From Camelus ferus (lineage: Eukaryota): a stretch of 64,000 nucleotides of DNA. Below, piece by piece: positions 26,801 to 38,069 of this stretch (within the stretch, counting starts at the first letter, position 1; every line of letters starts with the position of its first letter). The DNA is taken from contig NC_045696.1 of the NCBI RefSeq assembly GCF_009834535.1, positions 7,690,001 to 7,754,000 on the forward strand, read 5' to 3'. Under the pieces are notes generated by a model that worked only from the letters and a program-made list of their open reading frames with translations, did no database searches and was not told the DNA's origin. A program made the translations under genes and the position numbers.

Positions 26801-27959
26801 CTGCCAAAACCTGTTGGAGCCGGAAGTTGCTGCTGCCTCTGGACCCTTGCTCTGGGCCTTGTGGGCATAAACTGGAACCCTGGCAATAAACTTCTGGACA
26901 CAAGGTCACCCTGTGCCAGGGTTTCTGGATTCCACATTTAATACTACACATTCCTCCTTGTTTTGAAAGGAGAAAACATTACTTTAAATGCTGGGGAAAT
27001 CTGTTCCATCCTGAACGTGGAAATATTGATGCTAGACACAGAATCCGGAGGAGAAAGCTGTGGACAGTTCATCTGCCTGGCTTCTGGCCAACAAGTGTAA
27101 ACCGAGTTCTCTGAGATTGTGCTTTGAACTCTGAAATCAAGAAGGCCATTCTTTCGGTGGAGGACGGTGTGCTGAGTAGTTACTCCCTTGGCCAGCTCAG
27201 GATACCTGGGGCTTTGAGTTCCTAGCAGTGTGTTCTGACCTGTCTTCAGGCTCCATCCAGCTCACTGTTGCCATGCCAACCAACGCTAGGTGTGTGATGC
27301 TCCTTTAGTTACAGGTATAGGGTCAGGAACTTGACTGTGCAGAGTAATTTTCCTACATCCTTCATTTTCAACTTAATCATACTCACCCATATCTATACCT
27401 ATGTCTTTGATCTCCAAAATAAGAATTACAGGTCATATTTTGGGATTGTTGCCGAATTAATTCCTATTTTATTTTTCAAACTTTCCCTGAAATGACTGAT
27501 ATATGACTGCTTACTAGTAAAATGTGGTTTTTGCTCAAACTCCTCTACTGATTCCACCTTTATGAATTGTAAAAGGAAGATACCTCTTTTATGAAATTAC
27601 GTTATACTGAATTCCATGGAGATGGAAATGAAAAGGTTACCTAGTTCTGTTGCAGATCTCTTCTATCACAAACTCAGTTGTTCTTGATGTTTAGTACAAT
27701 GCAAAGAAGAGTGGCAGGGGCTTGAGGTTTGCCTCCTCGGGCAGGGATGTATGTCTTTGTGGCCTCCCTCACCTGCTTGGACACAAAATGACTTCTACAA
27801 GCCTCCATTTCTTCATCTGCAAAATGGCGATAACAATAGCCACTTTTCAACTTTTTCTAGTGATGAGGAAAGAAGACAGTTTTCAAAAGTGCCGTGTGAA
27901 AGGCAAATGTTAATGGCACAGGTAGAGAATATTTGTGGCAGAGAAAATATTATATGATT

Positions 27960-28250
27960 CCTACTCCTGCCTGTTTCATTTTCCTCCTGGGTGCACAGAC
28001 CCACTTCCAGCTGGGCTGGTGTGTGGGTGGCCAGTGAAGAGGATGGACATGAAGTATGCATGTTCCAGGCCTGGCCCCTAAGCTCCCACTCTCCCTTTCC
28101 CTTTCTCCTGCCGTTTTGGAGGTCATGTGGGAAAATGGTGGTGTCACAAGTTGGAAGAGGCCCATCTCTTGAGTCACCACTTGGAGGAAAGCCGCCTGAC
28201 TAGCCCTGGACTTCGGCCATTGCACTTGGAGTTGTTTGAGCTAATATTAG
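27960..28250 (+). mobile_element. MLT1J-like LTR fragment
   Basis: ttccaggcctggcccctaag...ttggaagaggcccatctcttgagtcaccacttggagg. Confidence 0.65.
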
Positions 28251-29279
28251 CCTTCCCTGATTAATCACAATTTTGGAAAAGAATATTATTTGCTACTGTT
28301 AAAAGATAATTGTATTTTTTAACGTATCTTACATTATATATATTATAAATGTAACATACTGTTGTTTAAGGTTACTTACATCATATTATATATAGTATTA
28401 TTGCAAAAAGTACAAACGAAAATCAACCCATCTGCAATTTTTAAATGTAGGACATAATTGCTCACAATGAAGCAAGCCCTATCTTAAGTTTTACTAAGTT
28501 TTTGTACATATCTTGACCAACAAGGGAAGTTAATAGTCTCTGAGATGTGAATTCCTGCTAGAAATACTTATAATAATAAAAGAGTATTAACTGCCATTGA
28601 TTAAGCACTAAACCACATGCCAGACGTACTGTGCTAAGAACTTTACAGACATGATAGGTATGTGCCTTGAAATGAGTCATTTGTTTTTTTCTTTCAAATT
28701 ATTTTCAGACCCGTTAAGATTGAATTATGAGACAAAACCTTGTTTATTCCTTTTCTAGATTGTCATACCTCCTTCCCCATTGTTACAACAGGTTGTGGCT
28801 CAGGTGAATTGAGCTGGGAGCTAATTATGTATGAGAATCTGATTTCTAAGATGTCACAGGGCAGGCAACTACTAAAGTCAATTTCTGTCCAGCCAAATAT
28901 CGTTTTCTGCGTGTTTCACCCATCTGAATTAAGCATTCAAACACTATATCCACAATATAAATCTCCACTGAGGCACATGCTGCCATTGAGGACGATATGG
29001 CCACAGCAGCTACAAAAGCTTTATGTTGAATTGGCTTCAAGTTTTTAATCTTAACTCTTTCTCTTGACACCATTGGACAAAACGCATGGACAGAATTCAC
29101 ACCTCAAAGTAAAGAAATAGCAGCCAACACTGAACTTACCATCCTTGGTGGATTCCATAATAACTAGGCTTGTGTTCTGAAGTTGTGTGAGTTACGTTGT
29201 ATTAAGATGACGGATGATGGAAAAGGAATTTTCAGATTACTGTCTCACACTTGAGGTGGAGGAAACTTTCCGAAGACAG

Positions 29280-29515
29280 ACATGGTGGCTCGGAATCCGC
29301 AGCCAGATCACCTGGGCTCAGGTCCCAGCCCTGCCACTTACGTGGGTCTTCGTCTCCTTATCTGTAAAGTGGGAAACGAAATAATAGTGCCTTTCTGCCT
29401 CTTGGCTCTCCAGTAAATTATAGTACTAGCTCATAAGATTAATGAGTCACTTGTGGGAAGCGCTGAGAATGGTACCTGCAGGGAGTGAGAAGTCCGCTGC
29501 TCATGTAATTATTGT
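29280..29515 (+). mobile_element. MIR SINE
   Basis: cctgggctcaggtcccagccctgccactta...ctccttatctgtaaagtggg. Confidence 0.75.
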
Positions 29516-30306
29516 GTTACAACTGCATGTGTTTCATTGTGATGTCCGTTTTCATTATGTTGGAAAGTTTGATTCAGTTGTCTATTTTCTCAGCCTGTTG
29601 TACAGAAGTCTGTTGTTTTTGTGTGTGTCTGTTTGTTCACCAAGTATTTATGCAGTACCTGCTGTATGCTAGGCATGTATATACCTGCTGTAGGTGCCAG
29701 GAGTGTATTCCAGGTATGTCCCTGTCTGTATTACCTGTTTCCAGCAGGAGGTACTCTGCTATGCTGACCTCTGCCACGTCAGCACAGAGTCTTGCTCATC
29801 CTCAGGCACTCACGGTGATTCTCTGTTGATGTCGTCATGGGGTCAGTCTGACCTCAGAGCCTGTAGGGTCATTTGGGCTCAACATGCCCTGTCCAGAAAT
29901 TGTTAACATGTGTTCTCTGCGCTGATACTAAGCACAGTCAATAAACAGGGAAGTGAATTGTATGAAAAACTGACACCCTTCAGTACAAAGAAATGTGGCT
30001 GGATTTTTCCCATGAGGCTATTTCTACGTGCTTACATTTTACTGTTATTAGTTGCTCACAAACAAACCCATGTTTTGGGCTAGTTACTGTATTGCAATTT
30101 TTCCAAATATGAGAACTGAGGCTTTAGAACCTGAAGTGACTTTCTAAGCCTTTGGGGTGAATCTAGGACTCTCCCCTCTCTCCTCTCTCTTGGAAATCTA
30201 GCAGATCCAAGTTAGATAGAGTTGTATTGGACTCTGTTGGCACCGCTGGGAATTGGGACCTAACTGCTTACAGATCCAGAGAGCGTGGGGAGAATGCGCT
30301 TTATTA

Positions 30307-30860
30307 GCACAAGCTGACCACAGTGTGATAGTGCACATACACCTTGGTGGTGTGTCCCCTTGTCCCCTGCACAAGCCGACCGCAGTGTGACAGTGCACGT
30401 GCACCTTGGTGGCGTGTCCCCTTGTCCCCTGCACAAGCTGACCGCAGTGTGACAGTGCACGTGCACCTTGGTGGTGCACCCCCCGTCCCCTGCACAAGCC
30501 GACCACAGCGTGACAGTGCACGTGCACCTTGGTGGCGTGTCCCCTTGTCCCCTGCACAAGCCGACCACAGTGTGACAGTGCACATGCACCTTGGTGGTGC
30601 GCCCCCCGTCCCCTGCACAAGCCGACCACAGTGTGACAGTGCACGTGCACCTTGGTGGCGTGTCCCCCTGTCCCCTGCACAAGCCAACCACAGTGTGACA
30701 GTGCACGTGCACCTTGGTGGCGTGTCCCCCTGTCCCCTGCACAAGCTGACCACAGTGTGACAGTGCACATACACCTTGGTGGTGCGCCCCCCGTCCCCTG
30801 CACAAGCCGACCACAGTGTGACAGTGCACATACACCTTGGTGGCGCATCCCCCCTCCCCT
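30307..30860 (+). repeat. GC-rich minisatellite, 9 units of 61-62 bp
   Basis: Units start gcacaagc at 30307, 30369, 30431, 30492, 30554, 30615, 30677, 30739 and 30800. Confidence 0.97.
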
Positions 30861-32570
30861 GCTTTAAGTATCATCTCTAAACTGATGGCTTCCAAATTTA
30901 CGTCTCTAATCTCTCCCCTGAGCTTCAGATTCTTGCATTTATTTGCTGACTGGATATATGAATAAACTATATTAGATTTAGAGGTCTAATTCTTACATTT
31001 CCAAGAGGCATCTTAGAATTATCTTGCTCCAGTAGTCAAGATAGTTCCTGATGGTACAAGGGCAGACGTATAGATTGATCGAACAGAGAAGAGCCCAGAA
31101 ATAGACTCACATTTATATGGACAGTTGATTTGTGATAAAGGTGCCAAGGTCATTCAATAGGGAAAAGATAGTCACTTTAATAAATGGTGCTCAAAAAATT
31201 TGATATCTGTATGGAAAAAAGAATGAATCTCAACTTTTACCTGACACCTTATAGCAGAATTAACTCAGAATGGATCATAGACCTAAACATGAGAGGTGAA
31301 AATATTAAACTTGTAGAAGAAAACATAGGAGGAAAACTTTGTGACATTGGAGTAGGGAAAGATTTCTTAAATAAAAAAAGCATGAATAGTAAAAGAGAAA
31401 AAAATGATTAAAATGGATTTAGTTTCATCCAAAAAAACTTTTGTTCTTTATAAGACACAGTTAAGAAAACAGGCAAGCCACAGACTGGGAGAAAATATTT
31501 GCAAAACATATATCTGACAAAGGGCTTGCAGCCAGAATATGTAAAGAACCTTATAACTCAGTATTAAGAAGACACCCCCCCCCTTTTTTTTTAAAGCAAA
31601 AGATTTGAAAAGACACTTCACCAAAGAAAACCTATATGAATGCCAGGAAGCAAATAAGAAGATCTCAATATCACTAGTCTTCAGGGAAATGTAAGTTAAA
31701 TTACAATGGGATACCATTAACCATCCATTAGTAGGATGCATAATAGTAACCTAGCAACTGACTATACCATGTGTTGGCAGAGATGCAGAGAAACTGGAAC
31801 TCTCATATATTGCTGGTGGGAATGCAAAATGATACAGCCATTCTTGAAAATATTCTGGCAATATCTTATGAAATTAAATATACATTCACTATATGACCCA
31901 GTAACGTTACTCTTGGGGATTTGCCCAGATAAATGAAAACATATGTTCACACAAAGACTTGTACACAGATGTTCATAGCAGCTTTATTCATAATAGCTCC
32001 AAACAGGAAATAACCCAAATATTCATTAGTTTGTCAATTGATAAACAAATTACTGGAATATTATGCAGCAAGATAAAGGTGCAAAATATTAGTACATGCA
32101 ACAACATGGGTGGATCTCAGAAATATTATGCTAAGTGAAAATCCATGGTTCTTACCTGCCTGGAACCTCCACGTGACTGCCCCTCCCACTTCTTCTGCAC
32201 ACACACACGTGCACGTGGTAAGCACACTCCCTAACTGAGACCCTTTGTACTTGCTCTTTCCCCGCCTGGACCATTCCTGTCCCAGATGCCTTTCATGCTC
32301 TCACTTCCTTCAGGTCTCTGCTCACATATCAGCTTATGAGAGAGGCCTTCTCTGTCCATCCTTTTTAATTTAAAACAGCATCCACTACTCCTTCTCTAAC
32401 CCCCTTTACTGAATATATAATGTATTTATTTGCATATCTGTTTAGTATCTGCCTCCTCCTTCCAGGATTAAGCTTGTTTTGTTTACCGTTGTATTTCTTG
32501 GTCCCTAAAAATAGTGTGACACAGTATTTTCTCAATAAATAATTGCTAAGTAAACAATGTGAATGTTCAC
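30861..32570 (+). mobile_element. L2 element (about 30861-31030 and 32140-32570) split by an L1 insertion
   Basis: gctttaagtatcatctctaaactgatggcttccaaatttac... then cacttccttcaggtctctgctca...ctcaataaataattg L2 3' end. Confidence 0.78.
31030..32140 (+). mobile_element. L1M ORF2 C-terminus and 3' UTR remnant
   Basis: agagcccagaaatagactcaca...; ORF 31184..31411 (YLTPYSRINSEWIIDLN) is L1 ORF2-like. Confidence 0.9.
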
Positions 32571-33165
32571 AATTTGGAATGCAGGCAGAAGGATAGGCTG
32601 AGACTTCAGATTTTGTGTGCCCTGTCAAGATATGTTCCATCGTGTTCTGTGTTAGCAGCTTTCCTTTTGCCTTTTCATTCATTCATGTGCTGGAGAGGCT
32701 CTGACTCCATTTAGGTTTGGAAAACTCATCAAATGCACACCAGTGATGAGTGCAGATGCATTAAGTACCTCGTTTAATGTGTTAAAATGGGAAATCCTTA
32801 ACACTTTTCAAAGATATTAAAGTGGAGATTTTTACACAAGAAATGAGTTAAATGATCTATATAACACACTGATCATTAATTAGTCTTCCTCATCCCCCCT
32901 TATTTATAAGAATTAAAATATAAGGCAAAACTAGGAGAAAATAATTCTAATAATATTAATAGAATGTTGGACTTAAACGCTATCACAAGAGCTGTGGATA
33001 TGGAACTAATACCGTTTTCTGACATTGTCACTCTGTTCTGTTGCTGAAGATTTGTTTGCTTTAATTCCAGATTAGAAGATTTTAGATATAGCACAAAATA
33101 CTATCTTTGGATGCCACAGCCATAAATTATGTAGGGACAGTATTAGAGAGGTTGTGATCAAATTG

Positions 33166-33307
33166 CTGTAATATTTTATTTTTTTATTTTATTTTATTTT
33201 ATTTTATTTTATCTTATTTTAGGGGGAGAAGGAAAGATTTATTACTTGCAGCAAGTAAGGAGAAACACAAGGGACCTTTCCCAAGACAGTATCTCTGTAA
33301 TATTTTA
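33166..33307 (-). mobile_element. Short retrocopy: 74-bp LTR-like 3' end, (TAAAA)n tail, 13-bp TSD
   Basis: TSD ctgtaatatttta at 33166-33178 and 33295-33307; minus-strand AATAAA at 33238-33243; T-rich tail 33179-33220. Confidence 0.85.
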
Positions 33308-33449
33308 AATATTAAAAAGAAACTTGCTTTTGGGAACCAGAAAACTTGGTATATTCAGGAAATTGATCAGTTGACCAGTAGGTCATTTAGAAATCTGACC
33401 TAGATCTACTGACATTTATCATACATCTTCTCTACATCTATTTAGACAG

Positions 33450-33900
33450 TTGCATGATTTCCCTCATTTTGCCTACTTGTCATGCATTACATTGACATGT
33501 TTTTCTCACATTAAACCATCCTTTAATTTCTAGGATGAGCACTACTTGATTATAATGTATTATACATAAGGAGCACTATTGAATTCAGTTAGCCAGCATT
33601 TCATTTAGGATTTTCACATCTATGTTTTTAAGTGAAGAGGGCCTGTTACTTTGTTTTCTTGCTTGCTTACTTACTTGGAATTGAGATTACACTAGAATCA
33701 TGAAATGAATCAGACAGCTTTTCCCCTTTTTCTAATTTGTGGAACATAATGGAATGTTTTCAAATTGCAGCTGTTTTTGAACCCTAGTTGTGCTTGGTTT
33801 ACTTAAGGCACCAAAATATTTTTAAAAACCTTGTCCTTAATTAACCTTTTAAATTAAAAAGATACTTTTCTAGTTTCACTGTTTTTCTTTTTTCCAGTGA
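33450..33900 (-). mobile_element. Old L1M ORF2 fragment
   Basis: attaaaccatcctttaatttctaggat...gaattcagttagccagcatttcatttaggattttcacatctatg. Confidence 0.7.
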
Positions 33901-34699
33901 GTGACCTAAATTAACTGTCCAGTTAATTTTTAATGAATATTTATTCACTCATTCATTTGACATTCATTTAGATTTATTAGGTATTTGCTCTGCACAGGAC
34001 ATTATCCCAGGCACTGAGGGAGAAATGAATGACAAGAGCCATGCCCTCGTTTCTTCCAGAAGGAACCAGAGCTCACTGTTACTACCTAAGGCAGCTTGTC
34101 TCTTCTGTGAAAGGAAGGGGTTGGACCACTTGGGACTTGCAGATATTTGTGTCTTGTAAAATAGTAATTTTGCATCGTTGTGGAGCTGTAAAGGGTCATG
34201 GTTCCAGATTTTCTAGTTTCAGTTAGAAGTATACATGCTCATTCATTTATCAAATGTTTATAAAGTACCTGCTATATGCTTGGCAATGTGTGTGGCATAG
34301 AAACTGTGAAGCTGATTTCAGTAGTTTGTGTCAAAGGTTGTCAGTATTTTAGAGGATGCATATTGTCATCATTTACTCCCATTTTGAATATATTAAAAGT
34401 GTGTTTGAAGGCATGAGCTGCTCAGTAGGGGACCCCAGTGTTCCCATGTCCCTCGTGCCCTGCTCTGCTCCCGAGCACGCGGATGCTTGTCATTGTGCAC
34501 CATCCATGTCTCTTAGCATAGAGGGAGATGAATTTCTACCTTTTTTCCTTGTTTGCAGCTCAGGTGTGATGACATGCCATGGTCACCATGCTTTGCGTTT
34601 TCAAAAAAGAAATCAGGAGTGTGGGTTACTAAATTCTTAACCTGGTGCCTTTGCCAGAGAAGCAAAGTCAAGTTAATGAGGTTTCTTCCCTTCCCTAGA

Positions 34700-35190
34700 C
34701 TGACTCATTCCGCAGCTGACCTTACCTGGTCCCATGACTCTAAGTACCATCTCCATGGTAATGATTCCCAAACAAATAGCCTTGCCCAGTCCTCCTCTTC
34801 AACTCGACTGTTGCTTCGATTCGCTGGGCTGTCCGGTAGGCATCTCATGCTCACCACATCCGAACCCGGCACCTGATTCCATCCTCAACCTGCTCAGATT
34901 CTGGCACCCCCCCCCCCCCGCCTTTTTTTCCCTAGTTATTCAGGCCAGGAGTCTTGTTCTCATCCTTGACCCCTATATTTCTTTCAGGGACCCAGTCCAT
35001 CGTCAAACTATGCTGGTTCCACCTTCAGAATATCTAGAATGCATCTCCAGCTTCTGACTCCCACCCCAGCCCATGCAGCATCACCTCTCACCTGCCTCAC
35101 TGCAGAGCCTCCTGGCTAGTCCCCCATGGCCACTGCTCCAGGCTGTTTTCCGAAGAGTAGTCATGTGAATCCTTTAAAAATGCAAGTCAG
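34700..35190 (+). mobile_element. L2 fragment, cut off at an L1 piece
   Basis: cccatgactctaagtaccatctccatggtaatgattcccaaa...catccttgac...atcctttaaaaatgcaagtcag. Confidence 0.8.
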
Positions 35191-35319
35191 CTGTTTGTAT
35201 ATTCTGGAAGTTAAGCCCTTGTCAGTTGCATCATTTGCAAATATTTTCTCCCATTCAGTAGGTTGTGTTTTCATTTTGTTGATGGTTTCCTTTGCTGTGC
35301 AAAAGCTTTTAATTAGGTC
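35189..35319 (-). mobile_element. Isolated internal L1 ORF2 fragment with no tail or TSD
   Basis: ctgtttgtatattctggaagttaagcccttgtcagttgcatcatttgcaaatattttct, closely similar to about 39024-39159. Confidence 0.9.
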
Positions 35320-38069
35320 AAAAGGGCAATTTAAACTAAAGATCTCAACAATTTTATCTTTTTATTTGTCCAAATGAAGTGAAAGCTTCTCTTCTTTGTA
35401 GAAATCAGCTGAGCCTGCAAATGGGTCATTTAATTAGAGACAAAAGTACATTAGAGATTCAAGTCCTACTGTGGACATTTCTACAAAGATAGGGGAGTGA
35501 GTGCAAGTTCAATAATGTTGGAATGGAGAGGAATTGCTACACATTTCCCTCCACATCCAGGGTTGGTAAGCAGACCCGGGTTCTGGATAATCTTACATGC
35601 AATCACCACAAGGTCATTTAGCATGTGATTTCACAGGAAATAAAAGGATAATTATTACGGTTAAGGTGTGGGCAGTATTTTTCATCTAAGCCATTGTGAA
35701 AAGGCCTCTCTTCCCAGAGCCTTTCCACCATCTTCCTTTTCCTGTCCTTGGCTGCAGTTCCAAGAGGTCCCACACATCTTAATAGCTCTGTGGTTCTGAG
35801 ATGAGACATTGGCTGTTGATTTCATTATTTGATGTGGGTACCAGGCATACGTCTTACTAGCTGTGTGACCCTGGACGAGTAACTTCAGTTGCCTCGTCTG
35901 CAGGTGGGGATGTAATATTCCCGGACCTGGAGCACTGTCTTGAGGATTCAGTAAAATCACAAGCCGGTGCTCACTTGGGCTGATGCAATAAAATGCTGCT
36001 GCTCCTCTTTAGTTCCAACCATAGGAAAGTACCATTTTTGCAGGTCTGAAATGGTGGAATGTCAGCGATTTCCTGTGCTTCCACCCGATATTTCTGCTCA
36101 AACCCTACTACAATGAGCGGTTTGTGAGCAGGTGGCAGCTGGTCCCTGGTCACACAGATGCTGAAGTGAGCTTGTTCTCCTGCCGTGTGACAGAAGAAAA
36201 GAAAAGGCTGCCTGTCCCCAAGGGATTAGCACTGGGAGCCTGCGGAGTGGCCGCCAGGTGATTTAACCGGGGTCCTTTTATAGGTTTCACTATTGGCACC
36301 TGGTTAATGGGATGGGGATTTAGGGACCCGGTACTGAGACTGTCTTTTCCTGTTCTGTGCAGCAAAGTCCTGAGTGCCTTGATGACAGGTAGTGCGTCTG
36401 CCGCCTGGGTTTTAAGACGCGCACACTCGTTTCCGTGGCTGGTCCCTGCCTTACGGGACACTGGTGCTATTCCACTGCTTTTGCGTGTGGGGGGGGGTTA
36501 GGGTTGGGGGAAAGGGAGGTCGGGATCACAGTGGAAACTTGCTTCGTTTATCCCATCTGGCCCTTTCTAAGTGGTGAGAGGGTACCCCATTCTAACCTGG
36601 ATTTTCTTCCCCCCACCCCCGTCTCTCTCCCTCTTTCCTTTCCCTTTGCAAAGATTGCTTTTTGGGTGGGTGGGTGGGGGGCTCCGCACAAGGTTCCTAA
36701 AGCCACAAAAACTTAATCCTTGCGCTTCTATCAAACAAGCCCCCTGGAAACAGCCGCATTCCACTTGGTCCTGTGGCCCCTGCTTACGTGGCACGTGAGG
36801 ACCCGCCTCCTAGGGCTTTGGGTGCCCGTCTCAGCCCCAGCCTGCCGGCTGGCGGTTTCTCCATCATTCTGTATTTTCTCTCATATGGTACAAACCCACC
36901 TCGAATAGGTTACATTTAATGGGGTGAGAAAAATCCACACTGTAAGAGAAAAGTCGCAGGTGAGGTCAAGCTGCTTCCTCCCCGGAGGGAGAATGATTTT
37001 CTCCTCTCTGGCTCCCATACCGAAAATTCATACAAAAGAGCTCTTTTTATGTTTGATGTATTGCTTTTAAAAAACAAATCCTTAATGTTTTTTCATTTTT
37101 GGTTCATACCTCTTGGCCGACCCAGCAGGAATTTGGCAGTTGAATGGGCTGCTTCTCGCAAATGCTAAAAGCTGCCTCGCTCAGACTCACTGGCTGCTGG
37201 AAAGACTGGATGCCCGACGAGGAGGGAGGGCTCCAAGAGTGGTGGGCGGTCATGCCCGTTGACCAGTATTAAAAGCTAATCCGTTGTTGGCACTGATAGC
37301 CACTGATAGCCGTTGCTGTATGTTTGATATTTTTGGTAATCAAATTTTCTTTTTAAGGGATCCTCAAGGCACAGTGAGGTGTGAATGGGTTTTGTTTTGG
37401 ACAAGCCCATACGCTGCTATTTTTTTCCCAGTGTGCAATCTTTTGCGTTATGATTCATGTTCCAGGAGATTTTGATAAGTTATATTTAAACCACTGTAAA
37501 TATAAGCAAGCTCAAACTAAGGCACACCTTAATTTATTACTTCATTTGATTTTATTTACAAAACGCATTGTCCAATACCCGAATTCTTTGCTTTAAAGAG
37601 AATGAGAAGCCACACCAGTGCCAAATCAACACAGATAGGCAGTGGCGGTGAACAGAATGACTTAAAAAAATTCTGCCGACTCCATAATTTTTTCAATGGA
37701 GAGAACACCAGAATTTGCCATCTCAGGATTCTGGAAACTCCTGTGCTCTGCGGGCTGATTGAATTGATGGCTTGCCAGAAGGGTTATATCATGGCGCCCG
37801 ACCCTCCTTCCAGTGCAGACAGCCCCCCTTGCTTGTCTGAGTCTTGACAGACCAGCTTGGAGCATTCCCGCTGCCTTCTGGGTCTTTCTCTGTGGATGAG
37901 CAGAAACATAACTCTGAGAAAGGCAGCCAAACAGAATATGTCTTTGTGATTATTTTTGTCTTTACTCTGAATATAGGAGCCAAGATGACATCATAGGTCA
38001 CTACTTCACAATTCATTGAATACCATTTTCACCCTCTAAATTAGCCAAAAAACAAATAAATAAACATGG

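Noticed and set aside
26461..26941. Antiparallel ORFs of 156 and 158 aa
   Set aside because: Non-ATG or weak starts, T/A runs translated as F or K tracts, no homology recognised.
30307..30860. CRISPR array, V(D)J recombination signals (CACAGTG in several units), or the long ORFs 30198..30895
   Set aside because: No unique spacers, no nonamer at 12 or 23 bp, eukaryotic context; the ORFs are stop-free only because of the repeat.
36274..36284. CArG box
   Set aside because: Seven A/T bases between CC and GG, not six.
36340..36395. 26-nt candidate micro-exon 36363-36388
   Set aside because: Weak donor (gtagtg) and frameshifting; no independent support.
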